From assembly GCA_010015805.1 (NCBI GenBank), contig ML978121.1, positions 3,844,001 through 3,908,000 of the forward strand: 64,000 nucleotides of DNA, read 5' to 3'. The translations under genes were made by a program, and so were the position numbers. Position 1 is the stretch's first letter. The number at the start of each line of letters is the position of its first letter. Shown in pieces: positions 24,601 to 37,400 of the stretch. Below the pieces are notes generated by a model that had not been told where the DNA came from, ran no database searches, and saw only the letters and a program-made list of their open reading frames with translations. This DNA comes from Rhizodiscina lignyota. Taxonomy: Eukaryota.

Positions 24601-25863
24601 ATGGCTTCACCAGCACCTCTCCGCCGCGCCGTCACAACGCGACTCCCCATCTGCCGCTCCTGCGCCCTCCGCACGACTCCCTCCGTCCGCCGCCTCGCCA
24701 CCATCAACTCACCTCCAGACAACACCTCCACCCCTCGACGACGCCCAACATCCTTCTCCGACAAGCTCAATGCCGGCCCTTCCTTCACCGACTTTGTGGC
24801 CCCCAAAGCAGAGGAGACGATGTCAAGAGAAGACATGCTTGAGCTGCGGACAGTGATGGTCGGACCGAAGGGCAAGCAGCGCCAAATCACACGACTGCCA
24901 GAGTGGTTAAAGACACCTATCCCCGAAGGCGACAACTACAAGACTCTACGCAACGACCTGCGTGGCCTGAACCTGCACACTGTATGCGAAGAAGCGCGCT
25001 GCCCGAACATCTCGAGCTGCTGGGGCGGCTCGAGCAAGAGTGCAGCTACCGCGACTATCATGCTCATGGGGGATACCTGTACACGAGGATGCCGCTTCTG
25101 CAGCGTGAAGACGAACAAGGCCCCGGCGCCGCTGGACCCACATGAGCCAGAGCATACGGCTGAAGCGCTGTCGCGGTGGGGGTTGGGATATGTCGTTTTG
25201 ACGTCTGTGGATAGAGATGATTTGCCTGACGGCGGGGCGGCGCATTTCGCGGAGACCATTAGCAAGATTAAGGCAAAGAGCAATGGCCAGGTGCTCGTGG
25301 AGGCGCTGACAGGCGATTTCGCCGGCGACGTCGCGCAAGTCGAGCAGGTGGCGCTGAGTGGACTGGACGTCTACGCGCACAACGTCGAGACGGTCGAAGA
25401 ACTCACCCCCATGGTGCGTGATCGTCGCGCGGGCTTCCGACAGTCACTAGATGTCTTGCGCGCCGCGAAAGCCGCGAAGCCAGACCTCATCACCAAGACG
25501 AGCATGATGCTCGGGCTGGGCGAGACGGAAGAGCAGATGTGGGATGCACTGAGAGCCATCAGGGCCGCAGGCGTCGACGTCGTCACGTTCGGGCAGTACA
25601 TGCGGCCGACGAAGAGACACATGAAAGTGCACGAGTACGTTCACCCCGATGTATTTGAAGCGTGGCGGGTGCGGGCGCTGGAGATGGGATTCTTGTATGT
25701 TGCAAGTGGGCCGTTGGTGAGGAGTAGTTATAAGGCGGGCGAGGCGTTCATTGAGAATGTGTTGAAGAAGAGAAGGGGCATTGATGCGAGCGCAAGTGAG
25801 GGCGCTACGGTCATGGCTGAAGCTGTTGGAGGGGAGAAGATTGTAACAAGAAGTTCGACGTAG
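24601..25863 (+). CDS. LIP5: mitochondrial lipoyl synthase
   Basis: [12 protein letters not shown] and CTRGCRFC Fe-S motifs, RSSY motif, presequence-like N-terminus. Confidence 0.97.
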   Translation: MASPAPLRRAVTTRLPICRSCALRTTPSVRRLATINSPPDNTSTPRRRPTSFSDKLNAGPSFTDFVAPKAEETMSREDMLELRTVMVGPKGKQRQITRLPEWLKTPIPEGDNYKTLRNDLRGLNLHTVCEEARCPNISSCWGGSSKSAATATIMLMGDTCTRGCRFCSVKTNKAPAPLDPHEPEHTAEALSRWGLGYVVLTSVDRDDLPDGGAAHFAETISKIKAKSNGQVLVEALTGDFAGDVAQVEQVALSGLDVYAHNVETVEELTPMVRDRRAGFRQSLDVLRAAKAAKPDLITKTSMMLGLGETEEQMWDALRAIRAAGVDVVTFGQYMRPTKRHMKVHEYVHPDVFEAWRVRALEMGFLYVASGPLVRSSYKAGEAFIENVLKKRRGIDASASEGATVMAEAVGGEKIVTRSST

Positions 25864-27129
25864 GATAACCATACCTTATGAAGATCTTGGTGTTTGAGTA
25901 AGTTTCTGTACAGATGACATCGCCTTATGCTTTCGAAATAGAGGACGCTTGGCCGAAACTCAAGGCAATAGCATCTCTTCCTCTGCCAAAGCACTGGATA
26001 CTGACATCCTAACGTTGGTTGTGCCCATTCAACCGTGCAAGGTCGATATCTGTCAGCCATTTCCCCAAAGGTCGGCCCATCATCGTGATGAGTTATCGGA
26101 TGCTGTTGGAGGACAGGCTGTTTTCTCTCCTCACATTTGTGACTCGCTGTCAGTGATGCTTTCCACAGAAGCCTCTCCGGAGACTGAATCGTCGTCGGAT
26201 GTTAAACCGACGCCAAAGCCTTCGCCCGCGGATCCCACCGAATCTCTCCTCAACTGCGGCTTGCTATTGTAGCACTTCTCTTTGCAGAATCGCAAACATG
26301 CATTTGTGAAATTCCTGAGAGCCAAGCTAACGTTTGGCGCCTTGTAATGTTTTAGTTTGGCAAGCCCTTCGCAATCGATTGTAACATTCCGGAAAGTCTC
26401 CAAGACTGCCTCCTCATAGATGCCATTTGCTTGGTATCTGATAAGCCCGTTGATTGAACGAGAAACGATCTTGCATCCTTATCAACGTTGGACAATTCGG
26501 CTTCTCTGGTGTGCACAAAAGGCTTGTCGGTGCTCTCCGACAATAGCATTGATAGGTATTTGATGGAGAACAGGTATATATGATCGTTGTTGTATGCAGT
26601 TGAGCTAAGACGAGTACATCATCCAATTTTGAAGTGTCGATTGTGGACACGACACAAGGTCCTCTAATCTTCTCGCATTACCTCTCAGCCCATTGAAGTG
26701 CAGACTTCTCATCAGATACAACGTTGACTAAAGGGCGTCTCAAAGGGCAATGGCAATCGAGGTCCTGTTTAACGGCAGGTTTGAGGTCGTCCACGGTTTC
26801 AATGCGAATGTCGTGACCTTCCGGCTTCAGACCATGAACTGGAGAGAAGCAACATGAGTGCGAGGATACTCGATGCAGTAGAAATGGAGGAAACTTTGAG
26901 TGGTCCTGAACTGGATACTTCTGTATCGGATTTCGATTCATCATTGTGGTGAAATGCTCGTGGATAAGACTATTCCCGTAGGACACTGATAATATTGGAT
27001 CTGTTGCGAACGAGTAGTACGATGATGTGTGTGGGGGCCATACCTCTGGAGGAATGAGAGCATTTAAAAGGACCGGAATGCCTTAATGGTTGCGCCGTAT
27101 CAAAGACTGCTGGTCTCACATTTGCGGTT

Positions 27130-28161
27130 TTACAGGCCGGTTGTCGAAGGCGCAATTTTGATGTTGATCCTGGGATAATGTATCCGTACATCAATGCCAT
27201 CCTTTGTCTTTGCCTTCACTGTGACTCTGCCTGCAGTCAAGCCTATCAGCTCTCCAGTGTCTCTGTTTTGGAATCCGTTCGGTACGTCTGTCGCAAATAG
27301 GTCAACTTCAGCTCCTTTCTTCAGGCCCGTCGGATCCCATTCTACAATGTCTAACTCTTCGTGCTCAAACAAAGAGGAATTTTCGATCAACTTCACGGCT
27401 TCATCACTGCTCAGCATCTTGAGTTCACCCTGCTCTTTCCTCTTCTCCTCCATGAACCGATTGAGGCGATCAATCCATGCGAACATCTTCGGATACTTCT
27501 GCTCATTCAACAACTCCGGATACGCATGCTTCATACCCATCTTTTCTGGGTCCCTCAGCATCCAATCAAACGGCCAACCTACATGGACATCCGCTAATCC
27601 TGGCTCTTCCCCGCCTGAGATCCACTCTCGTCCATCCCCCAATAGCATATTCTCCACAATGTCAAGATGCATACGAGCGGCGGCCAGCGCGTCAGGACGG
27701 ATCTGCTCCATGGCTTCTTTACTGAATCGAAAGCCCGAGAGCTGATACCGGTCCTCCAACCACGACGGATCCTGCACGAGTTTCGCATCTGGGGATATGA
27801 GCATCGCCGTCTTCATGAATACGCCCCCTTCGAACGCCCAGTTCTCCAGTAACTTCTGGATACCGGCGTCGAACGGTCGCTGCTTCGGATCTGCGCCCAG
27901 TCTCTGTGTCTTGGGATATAAATCCTCCATGGTCTGAATGATGCAGCGCGAATCGCAATATAAATCGCGCCCGACCGCCAGCACGGGAATGCGACGGTAG
28001 TGCACGCCCAGGCGCTCGAGCACGGGGCGCGGCATTTTGTTGTCGACTTCACAGTGCACGTAGGGGATACGCCGGAGGGTGAGATACCAGTCAAGTCGTC
28101 TGCCAACGACTGATTCAGGGTAGGTGAAGAGGAGTAGAGATGGAGTTTGGAAGGGAGACAT
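27130..28161 (-). CDS. glutathione S-transferase-like protein
   Basis: MPRPVLERLGVHYRRIPVLAVGRDLYCDSRCI (GST-N) and PGLADVHVGW (GST-C N-cap). Confidence 0.85.
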   Translation of the reverse strand: MSPFQTPSLLLFTYPESVVGRRLDWYLTLRRIPYVHCEVDNKMPRPVLERLGVHYRRIPVLAVGRDLYCDSRCIIQTMEDLYPKTQRLGADPKQRPFDAGIQKLLENWAFEGGVFMKTAMLISPDAKLVQDPSWLEDRYQLSGFRFSKEAMEQIRPDALAAARMHLDIVENMLLGDGREWISGGEEPGLADVHVGWPFDWMLRDPEKMGMKHAYPELLNEQKYPKMFAWIDRLNRFMEEKRKEQGELKMLSSDEAVKLIENSSLFEHEELDIVEWDPTGLKKGAEVDLFATDVPNGFQNRDTGELIGLTAGRVTVKAKTKDGIDVRIHYPRINIKIAPSTTGL

Positions 28162-29614
28162 GGTTCGTGACAGTTTTGATGAGAGCTAGATCCAGCTGAT
28201 ACAGAACGTTGGAGAGAGAAGGGTAAACTGTTTCGTGAGTGACAAGAGAGTGGTGCAGGTTTTGTGGTCAAGAATTGCTATATACGAGTTATTACAGTAC
28301 GCATATGGTTAGTTAATTGGCGATGAAGAAGATTTTGGATGCTCAAGTGCTGAAAGTGCCAGCCTGTCTGCTAGACTGCTACCATCGACCCCCCTCTCTC
28401 GGGGAGGTTGAGCAATGGGACGGAGAGCTCCTCTCACGCCTCTCCCAGGCACGCAGAAGCCTCGGTAGGACTTGACGGACGGGAAGCTGCATTGGCAAAT
28501 AAGCGAGGGGGGCAATCAGCGTACGTATGGCATTGAGCGGTGGAAGGGGATGGATGATTCGATGTTGAGCTCACGCCTTGCTGTGCAATGCGATCAGAGT
28601 GCTTGCCCTGCTTGAGCCATCAGCCACATCATACCCCGATCTGAACGGCAAAGTGGCGTTCCAACTGCGGTTCTAGCGCGACATGGGCTCGGCTCCAAGC
28701 GAAAATTTATTTCCAAGGATCGAGTGTGAGATCGCGATCATGCCAGCGCTGCATTCGCGTGTGTGCTCTTCATCATCTTCTGGTATCGAATGCTCTTGAT
28801 ACTCTTTCGGCCGAGGATAGGGTGGCCAAGGACGGGAAGACGTTCCTGAAAGCGCAATCTCGTTGCTCGTGTCACACATGAATGTTTCAACATGGCCTCG
28901 CGTGGCAGGCACCAGAAGGGAGCGGAGGGACAGGGCGAGCAAGCCTGGCCCATGATTCCAGGAAATGTGTTCCAAGGATGACGAAAAACCGGGGGAGCTT
29001 TGGGCTAGTGGCGATCCGAGCTATCTCTCGGCGACATCTGCTTTGGTGGAGCGCGACGAGCGCATTAAGGAGCTGGACCACGCGTCATCCACTTTGCAGT
29101 GTGCTGATGCTAATCGAGTGAACGGCCGGTCCCAGCACATGTGAACCGTCTCGCACGATGGCGGCCTGCGAAGCCAGCGGTGCGCGAATCATGGCAGACA
29201 GAGAGGGATTGGGCGTGCGCATGATTGGCTGGACGGCACGCAGCCGCTCGCGCGCCCAGAATCCGGAATGGCGTGGACGTGGGAACAGGCAGGGCGGCCA
29301 AAAAAGGAGCGATCAAGCCACACCTGGCGGTGATGTCACGAATGCGAAATGCTCTGAGGCGGCGGGCGACCTTGCTCTGTGCGACTTCAATAAAACAGGT
29401 CTCCTCGCAAGCCTCCCTCCTCTCTTCTTTTCCTCCTCACACCTCCACCTTTCCACTTTCCATCAATTGACCTTTTCGTGATACCCCGTCTCGACTGCGA
29501 GATTTTATTTACCTGCTCCCTTCCTAGCTCTGCATCTGCACCCTGCAAGCACCCTTGCATCGTCGTCGAACACCAAACACAACAACAACAACAACACCCA
29601 CTCTCACATCCAAC

Positions 29615-32567
29615 ATGGCGTCGAAGGCTGCAGTCAATGTGCCTGTAAACCAGCAGATTAAGGAGCGCGATGTCAACAACAAGCTCCAGCTCTACGGCAT
29701 CTACTCTGGTACGCTCTCAATTCCACTCATTGCTCGCTCGCGTGACTTGCACCTTGGACGTGCTCGCTGACATCATGATTTTGACAGCTTTCGCAAACGG
29801 CAAAGTGCCTTCCGTAAGACCCAAATTCCCGCTATTGAAGGTGTATTGCTTGGTTTATTGACTTGTAATTCAGAACGCGCAAATCGATGTCGCCCTCAAC
29901 AGTGTGCTTGAGTCCGACGCTCTCTCCAATCCGTCCAAGAAGCTCTCGGCAGAAGGTCAACAGCTTGTCGCGGATCTTCGAGATGTGATCGAGAAGGCGA
30001 AGGTCCTGGTCCTCTCAAAGAATGACGGTAACCTCTTGCAAGACTTTATCTGGCAGACCCAGCAGATCTCCAAGGGCAACTTCAAGTCACCCAACATGCC
30101 AGTCGAGAAGGAAACCGCTCAACAGCACAGCCAAGAAGCTCTTGAGGGCCTTCGCACCCTTGGAACCCTCATCCTTTCTAACGGTCAATTCCGCAAACTC
30201 CGTACGTATATTCCTACCATTTGAGAATGCGCAGCACTAACTGTCATGCAGTCAACGATGCCACTATTCTCCTCCGCTCCATCGCTGGTGACGCTGCTAC
30301 CAAGGCGGCCGGCAAAGTGAACCCCAATGAGGACCAGCTCGCGCAGCTCGATGAGCCAGCGGCTGATGATACCTGGCATGATGTGCCGGACCTGTCCAAG
30401 GATGCTCTGCGCGGCCAGGCTAAGGAAGCGTACAATAAGAACAAACCCTTTGCCAGGAGCGATGTTCAGAAGGCCGCTGGTGATGCGTCTGAAGCTGCGC
30501 ACCCTCGCGGCTCCCGCGATCCTGCTGACGCAGCTGATCTGGCTGCCCAGGACCAGCAAGCTGGTACTGCATCCGGTGTTGACGCTGCTTCGGGCGCTCA
30601 GGCTGGCGTAGAGACTCTTAAGGGTACAGCAAAGGAAAACATTCCAGAAGACACTCAGCAAAAGGGCAAGGAGTACAAGGGCCGTACACAGGATTATCTC
30701 AAGGGCAAGATGCCGAAGGAGAGACGTGAGCAGACCATCTGGCGCCTGAAGAAGATGGTCGTTGAGATCCAAGGACATGAGGACTGTAAGTGGCCTTGAA
30801 CTAAACGTGTGATGACGATGCTAATTGCAATTTAGACCTCCAGGCGGTGGAGACACTGTTGCGTCTCGCTGAAGAGTACAGCGGTCACAGCAAGCACGTG
30901 GCTCTTCAGGGCCACTCCTCCGTTCAGGATGCTCGTGGTGATGACAGCTTGCAGATTGCTGAAAATGACTTGAGGGTGCGTTTGTGTCGTGCATTGTCCA
31001 TCATGGGCTATCAAGGCTGACTTTCTTATAGACCCTGATCGAGCGCTTCGCCAACAGCACTTCGCTCGACGACCTCTTCGATTCGATCGACACCATATAC
31101 AAGGACGCTGACAAGGATGAGCAACTCAGAAACTGGTTCAAGAAGATGGACACATTCGTTCGCAAGTGTCTGAAGGAGCAAGGCTTCATCATGAAGGATG
31201 AGTGCAACGACGAGTGGAACCAACTCTACGATGAGGGCAACTTCCTTCTCCGCGACAAGTACCGCACCCACACTGATCGCATCGTTGATGAGTTCAAGTT
31301 CCTCGGCAACCAGTTCGACGAGGACCCGCAGAACAAGGCTCTCGGCGAGGCCGTGAAGAAGCTCACCCTCGACCTTGGCCAGGACGAGAATGGCAATCCG
31401 AAGTTCAAGCCGCATCTTCTGAAGGATGTTTCCGAGGTCATCATACCTGCCTTCTTTGAGAATATCCGCTACGTGCCTATTCCTCGCATCGAGTATTCGG
31501 ACCCGATGATGGATGCTGTTGTTGAGAATCTTGTGATCGAAGGTGACAACCTCGCTCCCAACGTCTTCGAATTCAGCACCGACAACTACTTCCGTTGGGG
31601 ACGCAAGAAGATCCAGAACAAGAACAAGAATAAGGTTATGGTTGCCGTCTCCGGTGTTCAGGCTGATCTTCGCGGTATGCAGAACCCACACTTCGGGCTC
31701 CACACAAACAATTGCTAACAATTCATAGACGTCTCGTACTACCTCAAGAAGAAGCAAGGCTTCCCGAGCATCACCGATCAGGGCATCATGGACATTCACT
31801 TCGGTGGCGAGGGCCTTGCCTTCAAGATTGAGATGGAGAACGCTGATCCCAAGGATCAGGCTAATTTCTTCAAGATCAACAAGGTTGACGTGCAGGTCAA
31901 GAACTTCACCATCAACGTCAAGCAGTCCAAGCACAAGCTGCTTCTCCTACTCGCTAAGCCGTTGATGCTCAGGGCTATCCGCCCCGCCCTGCAGAAGGTC
32001 GCTGAAAAGCAGATCAAGCAGAACGCTGCACAGCTCGACCAGTTCCTCTATGGCATCAACCAGGAGGCCAAGAAGGCGCAGGAGGACTTCCAGAACAACC
32101 CGGACCCAGAGAATGCTCAGAACATCTACCAGCGCTATGCTTCCGCCTTCAATCAGCAGCTCATGCAAGGCAAGGAGAAGGTCAACCGCGTCGCCAAGGA
32201 CAAGAAGGTCAACATGGCCGTCACTGCCCACGACTCCATCTTCCCCAACATCAAGCTCCCAGGTGGCATCTCATCCAAGGCTACCGAGTACAAGGAGCTC
32301 GCCGCCAAGGGAGACAAATGGGAGTCGCCCATCTTCAGCATTGGCACTGCCAAGGAGTCCTCCAACGTCCCCAAGCCGGACAAGATCTCCACGAAACCTC
32401 ATTCTACTGCTACTAGCGGACAGGGCTTCACCAACGGTAACGTCACCAACGGCAATGCCGCTACCGGTCTCGGTAACCAGATGGACAGGGCGTTCGATGG
32501 TACCAACGGCCAAGCGATGACCAATGGCAGGAATGTGGCCAATGGCAACCGTAGCGTCGGCGTTTAG
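29615..32567 (+). CDS. conserved fungal DUF4449/DUF5923-type protein
   Basis: Multi-exon: KERDVNNKLQLYGI, FANGKVPS, IRYVPIPRIEYSD, IKLPGGISSKATEYKELA. Strong C-ending codon bias. Confidence 0.8.
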
Positions 32568-33156
32568 AATCGCGTTCACATTGAGGCTCCCTCCGCAAAC
32601 GGACAGTAACGAATCGTATGAGGCGTACAGACTGTCATTCTTTCCCTTTTATTTTTCCTTTCACGCATGTGCTCTTTGGTGGTCTGACGGTTTTGGGTAC
32701 CTCTTGATACCCTTTGATACCACTACTGCGTCTGGTTTTCTTTTCGCTCTCTTCCAAAGCGGCCAGCTCCTACGTAATGGGGATGGTTCAGGAAGAGGGC
32801 TGGTTACGCGGTAGATGCACGAAAAATGGCCTTCGCTCGTAACTCACTTGATTGGTGGGAGCGATCGACCTTGGTAGTTGATACATGGTGGTGATGCATT
32901 CTCCTTTGTACACTAGGTTACGATAGATAAAATTTCCTATGCTTCTATGAACCTACTCGTCTTGCATTGTGGTGTCGTCGCTCTCGCAAGCGCAACTTTG
33001 ATCATTGTCCCATCCCTCGAAAGGTGTACGGACCAGCTCCGCAGATGCTGCCCGGACTGACTTATTTTGAGCATTGCGGTAGATCGATATATTTTCGACT
33101 TCACTTCAGACCGTACTATGTGGCAGTATTAGCGTATGCGAATTACCGTTGACAGT

Positions 33157-34127
33157 TCAGAGACTTACAGATTTTGAGAACGAGCTCATTGTTTGCAAAT
33201 CCACCGCGTCGAAAGAGCCACCGTGCTGGGCGATCAATTCTCCATCAGGACCTCTCTCAACCCCAAGCGCTGCAAGCGACGTCAAAGTGGGAGGATCAAA
33301 GAAAACTGGAGCGTCATTCTTTCCGAGTACGGGGATGGTTCTGGCAAGTGGGCCTCTCCAGAATCCATAGTGTGCCTTGACTTGAATTGTGGCGGAGAAA
33401 CGGCCCTCTCCTGGTCGGGTCACGATCAAAGGCAAGTCGACGATGTGAGGGATGCCTTGCTTGGCTACTTCGTCTTCCCTGATAGTCCAAATAATTGCAT
33501 TTCGACGCCGGCCACCTCCTCTTACGCCTTGTACGAGGACTTTCCCCTCTTTGACCTGCGAAATCATGTCAGCCCGCTATCATCCACTTCAGATTATCCT
33601 CCTGGACAGACTGCCGCGTTACATACAGCAGTTGTTGATTGTCCCGCCGCGAGGTTAGCGCCCACGCCCATGTAACCAGCGTCGAGGGAAAATTCCCGGC
33701 GAGTTTCTACCGTTGCCTTCGAGGGATGACCCTCATATAGCTCGGGATAGTATGCTGCTATTGCTGGATGCGGCCATGAGTTGTATCCCTCCAGTGGGCT
33801 GTCCTCGAAGACGATGGTGATGACGGCCGCCTGTACGCGCGACAGCCAGCTCGTCGTGAATAGCTGGAACAAGAAGCGAGTGCGCAGAAGATAAGCGGGC
33901 AGTCCCTTGAAATCTCCGATCAGGAGCGGTCGGCCCAATTCTGCCTGGAAATGAGCGCATCCAGCTGCTTCTGCAATGATTTCTCGCGGTAGTAGCTCCT
34001 CTTGCTCACTGTTTGTTTCAGGTCGGCTGCTGAGGAATTGCTCTGCTTTTGTGTCGATTTCAATCGGCGCGGACCATGAGAACGATGGCGGCGTTTCGAT
34101 ACCGGCAGCCTCGTCTTCGGAAGCCAT
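33157..34127 (-). CDS. uncharacterised beta-rich protein (~299 aa), candidate pore-forming effector
   Basis: Exons 34127-33627 and 33555-33157 (phase-0 intron GTATGT...CTGAC...CAG). Acidic N-terminus, alternating Gly/Ser/Thr hairpin, WTIREDEVAKQGIP motif. The gene model is solid; function is inferred. Confidence 0.75.
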
Positions 34128-34416
34128 TGTATTTCCTTCAGACGCTGTCCGAGCTGCAATCAAAGACTCAAACCTTTATTTGCGGATGCCCTCGCGCAGC
34201 CAAGCGGCCCCTGAGGCTGTACTTAAGTTCACAGCAGGTCGAGACCGTCTGGGCATGACGCCACCAACTTCAGCTCCTGCGCCTTGGACAGCAAATATCA
34301 CACACAAGTCCCTTTGTTAACCCTGTCTCCGAAGCATGAAGGCAAATGTGAGTCTTAAATAGTCATTGTCTGCAGCGACTGCCGCGCTCGAGCGGTACGC
34401 CTTCCTCATTGCGAAG

Positions 34417-37400
34417 ATGCCTCTCATGCCCAACGACTTTGTTGGGCTCAATACCTCTCTTTATTCTACGCTTCACGGAAAGCAAATCGAGCACCTGGAG
34501 CGAAGTATATGGCTCCGACGTGTTGGTCGATTCAACGAAGCGCTCGACATCTTCCGAGAGAATTTAGACGAAGTGAAGGAAGTACCCGTGGTTTTGATAG
34601 AGCAAGCAAACATCTACTTGGAATGCTACTCTTATGGCAAGCTATACAGGTTTCTCGACAAACCCTTGCGGGATCGCGAAGGCGACGAAGAGACCCTCGC
34701 GCGACCGGAATGGCGTCTGATGGCCTTGACGCGAGCCATGGTGGTGGTTCGTCATAGAGGCACAATAGAACCTGCCATTGAAGAGCTTGAGAGAACGCAG
34801 AAGTGGTTGAAAGATTTTCCGGTCGATTCATACACTGACGTACATGTATACATCTCCTCTTGCAGACATATTCACCTCTCCTAATACTGACCACGTTCAG
34901 GTAAATTGCGTCTGGAGATACATTATAGCCTACCTCTTCGTCAAGCTCGGTGCAACGTACGAGTGTCCCGACGCCGAGTTAATTCCTAGGCCTGAATCTG
35001 TCTTTGCACCTTGGCAAGGTCTCACCGACCTCCGGAGCTCATTGCTCAAACGCGGAATGGTCAGACACGCGGCTGGCCTCTTCCGCGTCGAGATCAGTCG
35101 AACGCCTCTGATGGATCGCCTTCGGAAGTATGAAGAAATCATCCCTACTCTTAGTATGATCGAATCACCGCGTAGCCGTCATTTAGCAGAAGCAGACTTG
35201 AGGCTGCGACTTTGCGATGACCTGGCCATCATTCACGATTTGTCTGCTGCGCAAAACGAAGCTGTAAAATGCGAGCTGGCTCTCGACAGTCTGTGTTCTG
35301 ACCCGAACGTAGATTTGGGAGATGACCAGTCGCATCGTCTACATCTCCAACTTGTGCGCCTGGGCTTTATTTCCGATCCCATCGCCAAGTTCAACGCCGC
35401 AATCGAACTTCTAGAACCACTATCGGCACGATCTCATCCCAATCAAGGGAACTGTCTGTACCTGGCCACCGAAGTAGCGGCGATGATCGCACAGACAGGC
35501 TCGGAAGCCCACCTTGTCAAGTTCTACGAGCTCCATCGGAGGCTTGAGCACTTGAATGAGTACGTGTTTGAAGACCTTTGCGACCTGGTATCTTGTCAGA
35601 GTGGTCTCTTAAGTCTTACGGTGGATAATCGTGTCGATGCTCAGAAGTCTCTCGAGTGGATCCAAGGCTTCTTCTTGAAGTATCCACACTTCCAAGCACC
35701 AACGGTTATGGCCAACCTTTATTACAAATGCAGCATCCTGTTCAATACCGTTCGAGACGAGGGAAGATCAAAAGAAGCCCTTGACAGGTCCAGAGAGTGG
35801 GATAGACGCGCTGGCCAGGTCCAGAACATTCATCACCAGAATTATACCAACATCTTCGCCAATAGTGGTGGCTCAGCGGAGGACAGTGCTTACGATTCAG
35901 AGGACGATGTGTCCAACTTCTCCTTCTCAGAACGATGGATACACTGTCTGACAGATATTCCCCAAGGCACAATGATTGTCATGCACGCGATCATTGACTG
36001 GGCCTTTGATGACCTTGGAAAGGACCTGATAACGATAAACACGGTCACAGGTCTTTTTGGAATGGATGCAGAAGATTTGGAACAGATGCGCGAGCATGGT
36101 GCAAACAAGTATCGCGAAAAGCTCAAAAGCGTGGATGCTGGTGCCGTTTTTGAAGCAGTTTACCTACCTGGTGGCCGCCCTTCTCACGAACGATATGATG
36201 CGCTTTCATCATGGTTGCATAAACCTCCCAAAGGATCTCGAAACGACCGCTTGTTCGGGTTGTTGATGTTTCTGTATATCAGGAAGGGATGGCTGGAACA
36301 ACTTCAGTTGCGCGATGTGCACATCGAGGAAATTGACCGGACTCTAGAGCTGCAGTCCAACTTTCCACAAATGCTGAAAGCCTTCAGTTCGCCGTGGCGA
36401 TGGGCCTGGGTGGTTGAAAAGGCCTGGTGCTATTACTTGAAATTTTTAGCGACCGGTGACCTTGAAACTGGCTGGGATTTTGTCTTGAAGGCTAAATGCC
36501 TCGTCGAGGAAGCTGTTTCCGGCTTTCGTGAGACAAAACAGATCGGGCAGGTTGCTCTTGGTCAGCGACTCTCCGCTCAGATCTCACTTCTCTATATTCG
36601 CAAGCTTCAGCAACGAGACAGTGTTCAGGATGCTGGCGGAGCCCATGGGAGCGCAAACCTTTCGATCAACGAACAGATTCGACAGCTTCGCAGAGATGGA
36701 CTCGAAGCAGTCCTCGAGACAGATCGAATTTTCACGGAAATTGAACTCGAGGCATCCTGGCTGGACGGAGTAGAGGGCATTGAGGAGCGCAAGAAGGTGG
36801 CAAGGTTCCAAAACAGCCATACGACCGTCCAGGTTGCAGTTCAATTGCTCCTGTCTGCACCGGATGAGCGCAGTGATGAATCAAGGATGCTCGTCTGGGA
36901 GCTCGTTCAGAAGTTCAAGGCTCGGTCATTGGCAAGAACGATTGGGATGTTTCGTCCGAATCCGCCGGGTCTAGTCAACAAAATCCTCGCTTCTCCAGAC
37001 TGCGGTCCAGTCTATCAAGAGATGCTTGACCTACAAGCTCGCATCGATGCTGCCGAGGCGAAGGATAGGCTCCACTTGCGTCGAACACTGGATGCCCATA
37101 GGAAGAAAATGAAAGAGCACGACCTTTTGAGGCAGCTGATAAACCGTCGTGAAGGGACGCCATTCGACCTAAGTGAGCTTGACGGAATCCAGTCGCAAGC
37201 TGGCAAGCCTGTCGTCTTGGTAGACTGGTTTTTTGTCCCTCCGTACTTCAATGATCCTCCCAAGATGGGGGACGGTTTCATTATTCTTCTTACTGCACGG
37301 GCCCGGCAGACTCCCACTATCGATATCTTGGATACAGATCCCTCTGCAGCGGCCAAGTGGATAAAAGCTACCTTTACGGCTCAGAAAGATCTCGATCAAC

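Noticed and set aside
26131..26986. Run of short minus-strand ORFs between LIP5 and the GST-like gene, as a possible pseudogene
   Set aside because: I could not assemble a spliced model or recognise a family.
33157..34127. Calling the CHAT partner a gasdermin
   Set aside because: Size and context fit, but I do not see fungal gasdermin sequence motifs; left as an unassigned candidate effector.
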